From IMG/VR virus record IMGVR_UViG_3300038393_001232, positions 1 to 27,258 of that record: 27,258 bases of DNA; one strand, given 5' to 3'. Source of the DNA: a virus (Duplodnaviria; Caudoviricetes). The translations under genes were made by a program, and so were the position numbers. Below, piece by piece: positions 8,345-17,803 of the stretch; within the stretch, counting starts at the first letter, position 1; every line of letters starts with the position of its first letter. The notes under the pieces were generated by a model that was not told the origin of the DNA, ran no database searches, and was given only the letters and a program-made list of their open reading frames with translations.

Positions 8345-8826
8345 CCGTGATCGTCTACCGAGACGGCGTGATGGCGGCCGACACGGCGGCCTTCGGCGGC
8401 GGCATCATCTCATCCGTCGCAGAGCGGAAGATCTACCGGACGAGGTGTGGCGCGCTGATCGGCTGCGCAGGGTCCAAGCCGGACATCTACGAGTTCCGCG
8501 CCTGGGCCGACGAAGCCTTTGAGCATAGCAAAAAGCCCAGACGTTTCAAGGACTTTGGTGCTATAGTAGTTGCTCAGGGCGGCGCGGTGTCGCGCTACGA
8601 TGACGCCCTGCGGGAATATCCCGTTGAGGGGCCGTGGGCCGTCGAAGGCTGCGAGGAACCCTTCGTCACCGGCTGCCTCGCCATGGGCACCACGGCCGAG
8701 CAAGCCGTCGCCGCCGCCATCAAGCACTGCGTCCGGGCAGGCGGAGAAGTCTACGCGCTGCGGCTGAACGAACCCAAACCCTCATCCGGGCTGCGAGTGG
8801 CATCGTGGAAGGAGGCTGCGGAATGA
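8341..8826 (+). CDS. HslV/proteasome-beta-like Ntn-hydrolase-fold protein
   Basis: M-T-VIVYRDGVMAADT start, ERKI, IGCAG, AMGTTAEQAV..A, GGEV; GGAG SD at 8329-8332. Confidence 0.75.
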   Translation: MTVIVYRDGVMAADTAAFGGGIISSVAERKIYRTRCGALIGCAGSKPDIYEFRAWADEAFEHSKKPRRFKDFGAIVVAQGGAVSRYDDALREYPVEGPWAVEGCEEPFVTGCLAMGTTAEQAVAAAIKHCVRAGGEVYALRLNEPKPSSGLRVASWKEAAE

Positions 8827-9194
8827 GCGATCAGAAGGTTTCCCAGGGAGCAGAGCACTCCGCTTCGCGTCGTCCTGAGGGGCTGAGCTTCACGGAAGGG
8901 CCTTGGCGGCTCTCGCCGACCCGGCGCTACGTGATGAACGGCTACGCCGCACCATGGATCTGCGAGGTCTGCACAGACCAGCGAGAATGGGAAGCGAACG
9001 CGCGACTCCTTGCCGCTTCACCCGCGATGTTCGAGGCACTGTGGACGATTGCGCGCGTGTCCACTGACTGGGGCGCTCAGGACTGCGCTCGACGCGCCCT
9101 TCGGCAGGTTTTCGGGGATGCCTCTCCACGGGAGAGCGACGCCGATGACGCGCCCGAAGGGTGCGCGCAAGGCAACTCCGGGAGGAAACCATGA
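8823..9194 (+). CDS. Conserved phage hypothetical protein
   Basis: FTEGPW...EANARLLAASP motif; GGAGG SD; ATGA overlap. Confidence 0.75.
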   Translation: MSDQKVSQGAEHSASRRPEGLSFTEGPWRLSPTRRYVMNGYAAPWICEVCTDQREWEANARLLAASPAMFEALWTIARVSTDWGAQDCARRALRQVFGDASPRESDADDAPEGCAQGNSGRKP

Positions 9195-9280
9195 CTAACC
9201 TCCAAGACTCCGAACCCTTCGCGTGGAAGCGACCGAAGCGCAAAGACCCGACGGCGGCTGAGCGGAGCTTCGAGGCGTGA
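9191..9280 (+). CDS. Small protein (29 aa)
   Basis: GGAGGA SD; MTNLQDSEPFAWKRPKRKDPTAAERSFEA; couples the flanking genes. Confidence 0.5.
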   Translation: MTNLQDSEPFAWKRPKRKDPTAAERSFEA

Positions 9281-9699
9281 CGCGCTGGATCCACGGCATT
9301 TCCCGCGAACTTCTGCGCGCTGCCTTCAGCGAATATTTCGGCGTCTCGGAAGAACACGCCGACATCGTGGTTGTCCTCTGGGGGCGCCCTGGCGAGTGGA
9401 CCACCACGCGGCGCCTCCAGGTCCTCCTCAATAGCCATCGACCGCCGAAGCGCGGCACCATCCACGAACGGGTTAGGGTGCTCCGCGAGATCATGGAGCC
9501 GGAAAGCCTGATCAGCGGCGGCCAGCTCGACGACCTCGGCTACCAACTCAGCGAGGTTGGATTCGAGGAATGCAAGAACGCCCTCCGCGCCATGGCTGAG
9601 GTGCTCACCCGCAACGGCTCCGAGATCAGCGTGCCGGGCTTGGAGGAGACCGAACTGCCAGAGGATCGCCCGAGGCTGAGAACCGCCGCGAAGGCCTGA
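9277..9699 (+). CDS. Divergent winged-helix protein, candidate late-gene activator
   Basis: LWGRPGEWTTTRRL...TIHERVRVLREIM....LIS....GYQLS follows the OmpR-type winged-helix pattern; last early gene before the late region. Confidence 0.6.
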   Translation: MTRWIHGISRELLRAAFSEYFGVSEEHADIVVVLWGRPGEWTTTRRLQVLLNSHRPPKRGTIHERVRVLREIMEPESLISGGQLDDLGYQLSEVGFEECKNALRAMAEVLTRNGSEISVPGLEETELPEDRPRLRTAAKA

Positions 9700-9703
9700 G
9701 ACT
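9676..9703 (+). promoter_or_regulatory. Late promoter motif, copy 1
   Basis: CTGAGA-N16-GAGACT, followed by a GGAG SD and ATG 9720. Confidence 0.7.
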
Positions 9704-9719
9704 GCCCGCTGGAGAGCCC

Positions 9720-9908
9720 ATGGACCACTTGACCTACCTGGACCACTACAACGCGATGACCGCCCCAGCGCTTGACGAGCTCGCGATCATGCTCGGGCGC
9801 ATCGCTGGCGCCGACGAGGCCCAAGCCTACCTCGCTTCCCTCCGGACATCGCAGGATGCCCTCTGGGACCAGTACCGGGCGAGCGCAAGCCAGCAGGTGG
9901 CGCCGTGA
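9720..9908 (+). CDS. Hypothetical protein
   Basis: SD plus ATG downstream of motif copy 1. Confidence 0.6.
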   Translation: MDHLTYLDHYNAMTAPALDELAIMLGRIAGADEAQAYLASLRTSQDALWDQYRASASQQVAP

Positions 9909-9928
9909 TCTCAGAACAGGGTCGCTGA

Positions 9929-10273
9929 ATGCCGTGGGAAAAGGGCAAATCCGGCAATCCCGGCGGCCGGCCGAAGGCAGAGCGAGAAGTGGTCGAACTC
10001 GCCCGCGAAGCATCGCCGCGCGCCATCGGTCGGCTGATCGAGCTGATAGAGAACACTGAGCCGAGGACAGCGATCGCCGCCGCCAATAGCGTGCTTGATC
10101 GCGCCTTCGGCAAGCCGACGCAGCCGCTGGCGGCCGACCCCGAAAATCCCCTGATCCCCGAAACGCCCAGCGTCGAGGCGCTGGCTAAGCTGAGTGCGAA
10201 GGACCGTGCAGAACTCCGCGCTATCATTGGACGCGCTGCTGGCCGACCCGAAAGCGACGGCACGCGCCATTGA
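9929..10273 (+). CDS. terS: Terminase small subunit-like protein
   Basis: WEKGKSGNPGGRPK N-terminal motif, LDRAFGKP; directly upstream of the large terminase. Confidence 0.75.
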   Translation: MPWEKGKSGNPGGRPKAEREVVELAREASPRAIGRLIELIENTEPRTAIAAANSVLDRAFGKPTQPLAADPENPLIPETPSVEALAKLSAKDRAELRAIIGRAAGRPESDGTRH

Positions 10274-11912
10274 CTGCGCCGACGCGCGGGAGAGCTTCCA
10301 TGCCTTCTGCGGTCTCGTGGAACTGCCTGGTGTCCCGCTGGCCTCAGAGCCTGACACGGGCCCGCGCAAGCTCCGTAAGGACGGCACATGGGATGACGAT
10401 CCCGACGGCATTGCGGATTTGCCGTTCGCGCCCATCGAGACGCCCCAAGCCGCGCATCACAAGGCGCTGATCAGCCTCTGCGAGCGGCTGGAACGTGGTG
10501 ACGTGCGCCGCGCCATGGTCTTCATGCCGCCCGGCTCGGCCAAGAGCCTATACGCCTCGGTTGCCTTTCCCGCTTGGTTTCTCGGGAAGCGGAAGGGGAG
10601 ACAGGTCGGGGTAGCGACCTATGCGACCGGTTTGGCCCGAAAGGTTGGTCGCCGCATCCGCGCCATAACCCGCCAGAAGACCTACGCAGAGGTGTTCGAT
10701 ACCACCCTCAGCAAGGACCAGGGCGCGGTGAACGAATGGGCCCTCGACAACGGGTCCGAGTTCATGGGCGAGGGCATCCTTGCTGGGTGGACGGGCAACC
10801 GACTGGACGGCTTGGTGATCGACGATCCGGTGAAGAACCGCGAGGAGGCGGATTCGCCGGTCATTCAGGCCAAGGTCCGTAGCGAGTATGACGACAGCCT
10901 CAAGAGCCGCCTGAAGCCAGGCGCGTGGGTGCTGTTGATCCAGACCCGCTGGAACGCCAACGACCTCGCGGGCCAGCTCCTGCCGGAAAGCTGGGACGGG
11001 GAGAGCGGACCGATCATGTGTCGAGACGGTCTCGTCTGGGAGGTGTTGTCGATCCCTGCCGAGGCTGAGGCGAACGACCCGCTCGGGCGCGTTCCCGGCG
11101 AGATGCTTTGGCCAGAATGGTTCGGCCGCGATCCGGACTTCTGGACGGCCGCTAGACGCATCGCACGCACCTGGTCTGCGCTCTACCAGCAGCGGCCCAG
11201 CGCGACGGAGGGCACGTTCTTCCTGCGCGAGTGGTTCCGACGTTTCAGGCTCGGCGAGGAACCCCGAAACCTGCGCAAGTATCTCGTCACCGACCACGCC
11301 CCCACTGATGGCGAGGACAGTGATCCGAACGTCGGGCGCATCTTCGGCCTGACGGAGACAAAGGACGTCTATCTCTTGGACGGCTTCAACGCGGTCCAGC
11401 GCATGGACGTGACGGCTGACCGCATCGTCGGCAATCTGAAGACGCGCAAGGACCGCCCCGAGCCCAAGCCTCCGGAAATGCAGGGCTTGATCCGTAAGCA
11501 CGAACCGTTCGCGTGGTTCCCTGAGGATGACAACAATTGGAAGACCGCTGAGCCCTTCATCGTGCGCCAGATGCGCGCCGAGGATGTCTTCTGTCGCATT
11601 GCTCCGATCAGCCCGCATGGCCACGACAAAGCGGCCAAGGCCCAGAGCTTCCAGGGTATGGCCGCCATGGGCGCCGTCTGGATCCCTGAAGGACCCGAGG
11701 GCGACAAGATCATCGACGAGTATGTGAAGTTCCCCGCCGGCACCCACGACGAGGAGGTGGACGTCGCGGGGATCATGGGTCGGGCGATCGCCATGGCCCA
11801 TCCCGCTATCGTCGAGCCGGAAAAGCCAAAGGACGCCGAGCCGCGCGGCGTGACGGCCATGACCTGGGACGAGATGATGGCGATGCAGCAGCCGCGTCAG
11901 CAGAGGGTGTAG
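10194..11912 (+). CDS. terL: Terminase large subunit
   Basis: MPPGSAKS Walker A, VIDDP Walker B, IQTRW, ALYQQRP, FPAGTHDEEVD nuclease motif; start uncertain (10194 or TTG 10227). Confidence 0.92.
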   Translation: MRRTVQNSALSLDALLADPKATARAIDCADARESFHAFCGLVELPGVPLASEPDTGPRKLRKDGTWDDDPDGIADLPFAPIETPQAAHHKALISLCERLERGDVRRAMVFMPPGSAKSLYASVAFPAWFLGKRKGRQVGVATYATGLARKVGRRIRAITRQKTYAEVFDTTLSKDQGAVNEWALDNGSEFMGEGILAGWTGNRLDGLVIDDPVKNREEADSPVIQAKVRSEYDDSLKSRLKPGAWVLLIQTRWNANDLAGQLLPESWDGESGPIMCRDGLVWEVLSIPAEAEANDPLGRVPGEMLWPEWFGRDPDFWTAARRIARTWSALYQQRPSATEGTFFLREWFRRFRLGEEPRNLRKYLVTDHAPTDGEDSDPNVGRIFGLTETKDVYLLDGFNAVQRMDVTADRIVGNLKTRKDRPEPKPPEMQGLIRKHEPFAWFPEDDNNWKTAEPFIVRQMRAEDVFCRIAPISPHGHDKAAKAQSFQGMAAMGAVWIPEGPEGDKIIDEYVKFPAGTHDEEVDVAGIMGRAIAMAHPAIVEPEKPKDAEPRGVTAMTWDEMMAMQQPRQQRV

Positions 11913-11919
11913 CGCCAGC

Positions 11920-11947
11920 CTGAGAACGGCCCCTCGACGCTGATCAT
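11920..11947 (+). promoter_or_regulatory. Late promoter motif, copy 2 (leaderless)
   Basis: CTGAGA-N16-GATCAT-6 nt-ATG 11954. Confidence 0.75.
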
Positions 11948-11953
11948 GGCGAC

Positions 11954-12157
11954 ATGGAGCTCACGGCCAAGCGTCGCGATCATCTGGCGAAGGCGGTCTT
12001 CGGACTGCCGGCCGAGCGGTCTTACCCTATGCCTGATCGGGAACACGCCGCCAACGCCAAGGCGCGAGCCAAGCAGGAACTCGACGCCGGGCGCCTCAGC
12101 CAGAGCCAGTACGGCCAGATCGTGGCGAAGGCGAACAAGGTCCTGGGAGAGCGATGA
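11954..12157 (+). CDS. Small basic phage protein (DUF6582-like)
   Basis: LTAKRR..L...FGLP.ERSYPMPD..HA.NA.AR motif. Confidence 0.7.
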   Translation: MELTAKRRDHLAKAVFGLPAERSYPMPDREHAANAKARAKQELDAGRLSQSQYGQIVAKANKVLGER

Positions 12158-12387
12158 TGGACACTTACGCGAAGTACACCGGCGGCGAGCAGGAGGAGCG
12201 CGTCGGCGCCCAGACCTTCCCCCGCATGAAGCGAGTGATCGTCGAAGACGACGCGACGCTGGCCGAGCTGCGCGCCCGTGACGACTTCGACGTGGAAGGC
12301 GAGGCCGAGGTCGCTGCTGATGACCAGCCGGACGACCCCAAGGCCGAGGTCGCCGCGGTCACGGCAAAAGAGGTCAAGGCCGCCTAA
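12154..12387 (+). CDS. Small acidic hypothetical protein
   Basis: GGAG SD; overlaps the upstream stop. Confidence 0.65.
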   Translation: MMDTYAKYTGGEQEERVGAQTFPRMKRVIVEDDATLAELRARDDFDVEGEAEVAADDQPDDPKAEVAAVTAKEVKAA

Positions 12388-12396
12388 GGCCTAGCG

Positions 12397-12424
12397 CTGA
12401 GAAGCGCTGAGAGGCCCCCATTCT
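12397..12424 (+). promoter_or_regulatory. Late promoter motif, copy 3 (leaderless)
   Basis: CTGAGA-N16-CATTCT-6 nt-ATG 12431. Confidence 0.75.
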
Positions 12425-12430
12425 CGGCTC

Positions 12431-14668
12431 ATGGCCGATACCGCGCCCGCAGACACCGCGCCGCAGGGCGTGCTGAGCCCCGATCCGGACCAGGCGCGCA
12501 AGGACGCCGCCTATGCCCGGCGCTGGATCGCCGAACTCACCTCGGCCGAGAAGGCCCAGCGCAAGTGGCTGGAGCGCTGCCGCAAGATCGCCAAGCGCTA
12601 CAAGGACGACGAGGCTTCCGCTCAGGTCAACCGACCCCGGCGCTATGCCATGCTGTGGTCGAACACCCAGACGATCCAGCCGGCGACCTACACGCGACCG
12701 CCGATCCCGGAGGTGCTCCGCCGTTTTGAGGACGCGGACCCGGTCGCACGTGTAGCCTCGGAGGCGGTCGAGCGGGCTATCAGCTACAGCATCGACGTCC
12801 ACGACCTCGACGGCGTGTTGCGGCAATGCAGCTTCGATTTCGTGCTCTTCGCCCGCGGCCAGACATGGGAGCGTTATGTCCCGACCTTCGGGCCCGAGGT
12901 CATGCCGCCGCCGGTCCAGCTTCAGGTCACGACGAACGGCGATTCCGACGACACTGGCTATGAGGACGACGAGGGCAACACCTACGACGCCAATCAGGTC
13001 ACGATGAGCGACGGCGGCGCGGCCACCTTCCAGGGTGCGCCTTACCAGCCGGTCACCTTCGAGGACAGCGTCACCGACTACGTCAACTGGGAGGACTTCC
13101 TATACGGGGTCTCCCGCACCTGGGATGAGGTCGGCTGGGTTGCCCGGCGTGTCTATCTGAGCCGCGACGAGCTGGTCGACCGCTTCGGCGCTATCGGCAA
13201 GCTGGTCCCGTTGGACTGGGGTCCGGTCGCGCAGGGCCAGCGCGACGCCGACGCCAAGATGCTGAACAAGGCGGCGATCTACGAGATTTGGGACAAGGCC
13301 ACCAAGGAGGTCTGCTGGATCAGCAAGTCGTGGTCGTCGCGCCCGCTCGACCGGCGGCCAGATCCGCTGGGGCTGCCCGACTTCTTCCCATGCCCGCGGC
13401 CGCTGCTGGGCACGACGGCAAACGACTCCACGATCCCGGTCCCGGACTATGTGTTCTATCAGGACCAGGCCGAGGAGATCGACACGCTCACCGGGCGCAT
13501 CGCCAAACTCCAGGACGGTCTCAAGGTGCGCGGCTTCTATGCCGGCGACGCCAAGACCAACCTCAACAGCCTGCTCAACTCCGACACGAACATCCTGATC
13601 CCGGTGAAGGATTGGCAGAGCCTGAAGGAAGAGGGCGGCCTTCGCGGCAAGATCGAGTGGTGGCCGCTGGAGCAGGTGGTGGCGGCGCTGAACGCGCTGA
13701 TCGCCCAACGTCAGCAATTGATCGAGGACGTCTACCAGATCACCGGCGTTTCGGACATCATGCGCGGGCAATCCGACCCCGGCGAGACCTTCGGCGCCCA
13801 GAACATCAAGGCCACGTTCGGATCGATGCGGGTGCGAGACCGCCAGATCGAGATGCAGCGGTTCGCGCGCGACGTGCTGCGGATCAAGGGCGCGGTCATC
13901 GCCGGCAAGTTCTCCGGTCAGACGCTGAAGGCTTGCACGAACCTGCAATTGCCGACCAACGCCGAGAAGGCCCAGGTCCAGCAGCAGATCGCCGCCCAGC
14001 AGCAACAGGCCCAGGTTGCGGCCATGCAGGCGCAGGCCCAGCACGCGGCGGTCGCGCAGCAGGCCCAGGCCGCAGGCCAGCCGCCTCCGCCGCCGCCGCA
14101 GGCCCCACCGCCGCCGCAAGTGCCGCCGCAGGTGCAGCTCATGCTGCAATCCCCATCTTGGGAGGACGTCGAGGCGCTCCTGCAAGACAGCGCCAGCCGC
14201 CGGTTCCGGATCGACATCGAAACCGACTCCACCATCGAGCCGAACGACGCGAGGGAGAAGGCCGACACGGCGCAGTTCATGCAAGCGCTGGGCGCCATGG
14301 CCTCGCAGTGGGGCCCGATGATCCAGGCCCAGCCGGTGCTCGCCCCGCTGGTGGGCGAACTGATCAAGTTCGGGGCGCGCAAGTTCAAGGCCGGCCGTCG
14401 CCTTGAGGAAGTCATCGACGGCACGATGGACAAGCTCGTGCAGATGGCGAGCCAGGGACCGCCGGCCGGGGCGTCCGCCCAGCCGCCGCCGGACCAGACG
14501 CCGGTGCAGGTCGCCGTACTCAACCAGCAGACCGAGCAGATCAAGCAGCAGGGGGAAACCCAGCGGGCGGTGATCAACTCCAGGGTCGAGCAGAGCGAGC
14601 AGGCCGTGCGCGTGCTGGAGGCCCAGGCCCACGCCGCCGTTCCGGCGCCAGTCGTCCCGCTCCAGTGA
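12431..14668 (+). CDS. Portal protein (podovirus/P22-like size)
   Basis: 745 aa following TerL; LWSN, FFPCPRP, YQITGVSDIMRG, FRIDIETDS motifs; coiled-coil C-terminus. Confidence 0.8.
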   Translation: MADTAPADTAPQGVLSPDPDQARKDAAYARRWIAELTSAEKAQRKWLERCRKIAKRYKDDEASAQVNRPRRYAMLWSNTQTIQPATYTRPPIPEVLRRFEDADPVARVASEAVERAISYSIDVHDLDGVLRQCSFDFVLFARGQTWERYVPTFGPEVMPPPVQLQVTTNGDSDDTGYEDDEGNTYDANQVTMSDGGAATFQGAPYQPVTFEDSVTDYVNWEDFLYGVSRTWDEVGWVARRVYLSRDELVDRFGAIGKLVPLDWGPVAQGQRDADAKMLNKAAIYEIWDKATKEVCWISKSWSSRPLDRRPDPLGLPDFFPCPRPLLGTTANDSTIPVPDYVFYQDQAEEIDTLTGRIAKLQDGLKVRGFYAGDAKTNLNSLLNSDTNILIPVKDWQSLKEEGGLRGKIEWWPLEQVVAALNALIAQRQQLIEDVYQITGVSDIMRGQSDPGETFGAQNIKATFGSMRVRDRQIEMQRFARDVLRIKGAVIAGKFSGQTLKACTNLQLPTNAEKAQVQQQIAAQQQQAQVAAMQAQAQHAAVAQQAQAAGQPPPPPPQAPPPPQVPPQVQLMLQSPSWEDVEALLQDSASRRFRIDIETDSTIEPNDAREKADTAQFMQALGAMASQWGPMIQAQPVLAPLVGELIKFGARKFKAGRRLEEVIDGTMDKLVQMASQGPPAGASAQPPPDQTPVQVAVLNQQTEQIKQQGETQRAVINSRVEQSEQAVRVLEAQAHAAVPAPVVPLQ

Positions 14669-14678
14669 GCGCGCGGGG

Positions 14679-14706
14679 CTGAGAACCGGCCCTCTCGCCA
14701 GACACT
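14679..14706 (+). promoter_or_regulatory. Late promoter motif, copy 4 (leaderless)
   Basis: CTGAGA-N16-GACACT-6 nt-ATG 14713. Confidence 0.75.
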
Positions 14707-14712
14707 CGCCCC

Positions 14713-17700
14713 ATGACGCAGCAGGGCGACCGGCAGGCCAGCATCCGTGCGGTGAGCGGCTCGACGCTAGACATCGACGGCGACTGGCACGCGCTCTGGG
14801 ACTTCTGCGGCATCCCAGCCGGCGCGTTCAACGAGCGGATGCTTGCCTACTGCAACGTCAAGCTCGGCGCGGCCCACACCAACGTCAACGCTGCGATGCA
14901 GGCCCTGGCCGCAGCCAACGGCGCGGCGAATTTCTCGTCGCTCGGGACCTTCAACGCGGCCACGGCCCTGTTCCTCACCGGGACGCCCGGCGTGGCGACC
15001 CAGAACGTCGCCTACAGCTGGACGCCGACGTTCGGCGGCGGGACTGCGCCTTACACCTTCAGCATCGTGGCCGGCGCGCTGCCGACCGGCCTGTCACTGA
15101 ACACCTCCACGGGCGTGATCTCCGGCACGCCGACCGGAACCGGCACGTCCAGCGGGATCACGCTGCGGATCACCGACTCGGCCGGATCTCCGGCGCACGT
15201 CGACCTCACGGGCCTCTCGATCACCGTCTATGCCCAGCTCGCGATCACCAATTCGCCGGGGACCACGGCGAACGTGGGCTCGGCCTACACCTACACGCCC
15301 ACGACCTCTGGCGGGCATTCGCCGCTCACCTGGTCGATCGTCAACAAGCCCTCCTGGGCGGCCTTCTCCACCTCCACCGGCATTCTCACCGGCACGCCCT
15401 CGGGCGCCGAGGTCGATGCGGGCGTCAACATCACCGCGACCGACGTGGACGGGCGAACGGCCAGCACCGGCGCGTTCACGATCACCGTCACCGCCACGCC
15501 GTCCAACGGCACGATCACGGCGGCGCGGATCACCTCCGAGGGCTGGGTGCTCGAGCTCGACATCAAAGGCTTCAAGCCTGGTGGCAATGTCGGCCAGGGC
15601 AAGGACATCAACGGCGCCTATTCGGGCGGCTCCAACACGGTGCAGTACGATCTCGGGTCGGAGACCACACCCAAGGTCACCGTCGCGATAACCGGCCGCT
15701 CGGGCTTCGACCCGACCACGGGCGGGGCCGTCTCCAACCTCACCGATACCGCGGTGGGGACCATCTCGCTGCGCAAGCCCTACAGCGTGAGCGGGGCCGA
15801 GCAGACCAACGACGAGACGGACAACGGGACCTACGTCACGATTCGCCACGCCCTGAACAAGCGTGTGCTGGCCGGCGAGACCGCGCTCGTCTCTGTCTCG
15901 GCCAACACCTACACCGACAATGGGGCCGGCGGCACGGGCCTGGGCAACAACGCGGTCACGAACCTCGCGGTGACCAACAACTCCACCGACCCGGGCGTGA
16001 AGCCGATCTGTGCCTATCTCACGGTCCCGCGCCAGCGCCTGGTCACCGATTTCGTGTTCGAGTTCGGCGTCGCCCACGAGATGGGGCGGCTCGGCCGCAT
16101 GGTCGCCGCTGTGGTCATGACCTGGAAGGGCGCGACGTCCGGTGTGACCGTCACGAAGACGGTCACCTCCATGGGCCTGTCGGGCTTCTTCCGCTCGACC
16201 ATGCCGCGGGTCTGCGTGTTCAGCGCCACGCTCACCACGGCCGACATCGCCACCTTCACCCAGGGGGAGGAGGTGGACTGGTCCTGCGAGGCCAGGCCCT
16301 TCGTCGGCCCGGCGTTCGTGGCCTCGACCGACGGGGCGGCCTTCCCGACGCCGCGCATGGCGCAGTCGCTGCCGTTCGTCTGCGACAAGAACAACACGCT
16401 GGCCGCCTTCGCCACCGTCGATCCGGCCGGCGCGCTGGCCAGCACGTCCACCGCGGGCTGCACCAGCACCGACACCGAACAGACCAACACCGCCAACTGC
16501 TACCCGAGCATCAACGCCGCGCTCACCGCCTTGAAGACCTACATGGGCCGCAATGAGAGCGCGGGCGCGACCATCTACATGCGCGCGGGGACCTACGCAG
16601 ACCTGGGCAACGTCAACACGACGGCCTTCACGACCGGGGTGCATTGGGTCCACGTGAAGCCCGCGCCCTCGACCAACCGCGCCGGCGTGATCCTGACCAC
16701 CACGGCCGGCCAGTCGATCACCGGCAACCTGCGGCGGGTCGGCGCGCATCTGCACTTCTACAACCTGACCATGACGACGCTCGCCAACGCCACGTTGAAC
16801 GACAACGTGCTGCTGAACGGGCCGGACAGCACCTCGACGCCGACGCGGGCCGTGTGGGTGGACAACTGCATCGTCACCAGCCTCAGCACCGCGGCGACGC
16901 CGTCGTCGTGCTTCTCGGCGGTCGGCCAGCAGTACTTCACCAACTGCGACATGAGCGGCAAGCTCACCATGACGCTGGGCTCGGGCCGGGGCTACTATCT
17001 GGTCGGCGGCTGCGACTTCAACAACTGCGCCACGGTGAACATCGCCGGCCCGTTCGTCGGCAATTACGGCCACGCCGGCACCTCGTTCCTGAACTTCAGC
17101 GAGACGGCGGCGAATGTCGTGCTGCCCGATCAGGTCTTCTACTGCTTCAACTACTTCACCGGCTCGAACGTCGTGTCGCCGGGCTGGTTCGGCAGCGGGA
17201 CCTACACGCTGCCTCACGGCGTGGCGAAGGTTCAGAACCTCACCGAGAACTTCAGCCAGAACACGGTCTCCGCGACCAACATGTCCGGCGACAGCGACGT
17301 GAACCAGATCTTCTCGTTCGTGGACGCCTACAACACCACGGTCGGCGAGCGGTACAACCAGATGTACAACTCGACGGGCTTGGTCGCGATCCCCAAGCGG
17401 GGCGTCACGCGCTTCAGCCTTTTCTACGCCCGCTATGTGAAGCGCGACACCTTCTCGGACCCGGTGAACGGCAAGCAGGCCGGCCGGGTCGGCAACTGGA
17501 ACTTCTCGCACAGCGTGGACGGCGGCTACTCGGTGACCATGACCGTGCAGTTCGGCTTCTCGAAGGTGTGCTCGAACTCCGACATCGGCGACCACTTCCC
17601 GTACACGGCCATCGCGACCTCCGTGGCCTTCGTCAACGACCTCTCGGGTCTGAGTGGCGCCGGCGGCGGCGACTACCGGCTGGTCGGCCCGACGAACGCC

Positions 17701-17799
17701 GCCTACGGCCGCGTGCCCTCCGGCTTCGAGATGCTGCCCTACGACATCCTCGGCACGGCCCGAGATGGCGCGGCGGGCTGCTACGCCAAGGCCTCCTAA
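14713..17799 (+). CDS. Large virion fibre/spike-like protein with two putative Ig (He_PIG-like) domains and a C-terminal beta-helix-like region
   Basis: GGTAPYTFS..GALPTGLSLNTSTGVISGTPT and PSWAAFSTSTGILTGTP repeats; TIYMRAGTY beta-helix entry motif; Thr/Gly-rich; no signal peptide. Confidence 0.75.
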   Translation: MTQQGDRQASIRAVSGSTLDIDGDWHALWDFCGIPAGAFNERMLAYCNVKLGAAHTNVNAAMQALAAANGAANFSSLGTFNAATALFLTGTPGVATQNVAYSWTPTFGGGTAPYTFSIVAGALPTGLSLNTSTGVISGTPTGTGTSSGITLRITDSAGSPAHVDLTGLSITVYAQLAITNSPGTTANVGSAYTYTPTTSGGHSPLTWSIVNKPSWAAFSTSTGILTGTPSGAEVDAGVNITATDVDGRTASTGAFTITVTATPSNGTITAARITSEGWVLELDIKGFKPGGNVGQGKDINGAYSGGSNTVQYDLGSETTPKVTVAITGRSGFDPTTGGAVSNLTDTAVGTISLRKPYSVSGAEQTNDETDNGTYVTIRHALNKRVLAGETALVSVSANTYTDNGAGGTGLGNNAVTNLAVTNNSTDPGVKPICAYLTVPRQRLVTDFVFEFGVAHEMGRLGRMVAAVVMTWKGATSGVTVTKTVTSMGLSGFFRSTMPRVCVFSATLTTADIATFTQGEEVDWSCEARPFVGPAFVASTDGAAFPTPRMAQSLPFVCDKNNTLAAFATVDPAGALASTSTAGCTSTDTEQTNTANCYPSINAALTALKTYMGRNESAGATIYMRAGTYADLGNVNTTAFTTGVHWVHVKPAPSTNRAGVILTTTAGQSITGNLRRVGAHLHFYNLTMTTLANATLNDNVLLNGPDSTSTPTRAVWVDNCIVTSLSTAATPSSCFSAVGQQYFTNCDMSGKLTMTLGSGRGYYLVGGCDFNNCATVNIAGPFVGNYGHAGTSFLNFSETAANVVLPDQVFYCFNYFTGSNVVSPGWFGSGTYTLPHGVAKVQNLTENFSQNTVSATNMSGDSDVNQIFSFVDAYNTTVGERYNQMYNSTGLVAIPKRGVTRFSLFYARYVKRDTFSDPVNGKQAGRVGNWNFSHSVDGGYSVTMTVQFGFSKVCSNSDIGDHFPYTAIATSVAFVNDLSGLSGAGGGDYRLVGPTNAAYGRVPSGFEMLPYDILGTARDGAAGCYAKAS

Positions 17800-17803
17800 A
17801 CCC

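Noticed and set aside
9910-9937. CTCAGAA upstream of terS as a ninth late promoter
   Set aside because: Mismatch in the upstream box and no (G/C)ANN(A/C)T hexamer at the 16-nt spacing; terS is probably read from copy 1.
10194-10273. Programmed frameshift fusing terS and terL
   Set aside because: The overlap is real, but no convincing slippery sequence was seen and an in-frame TTG at 10227 could serve as start.
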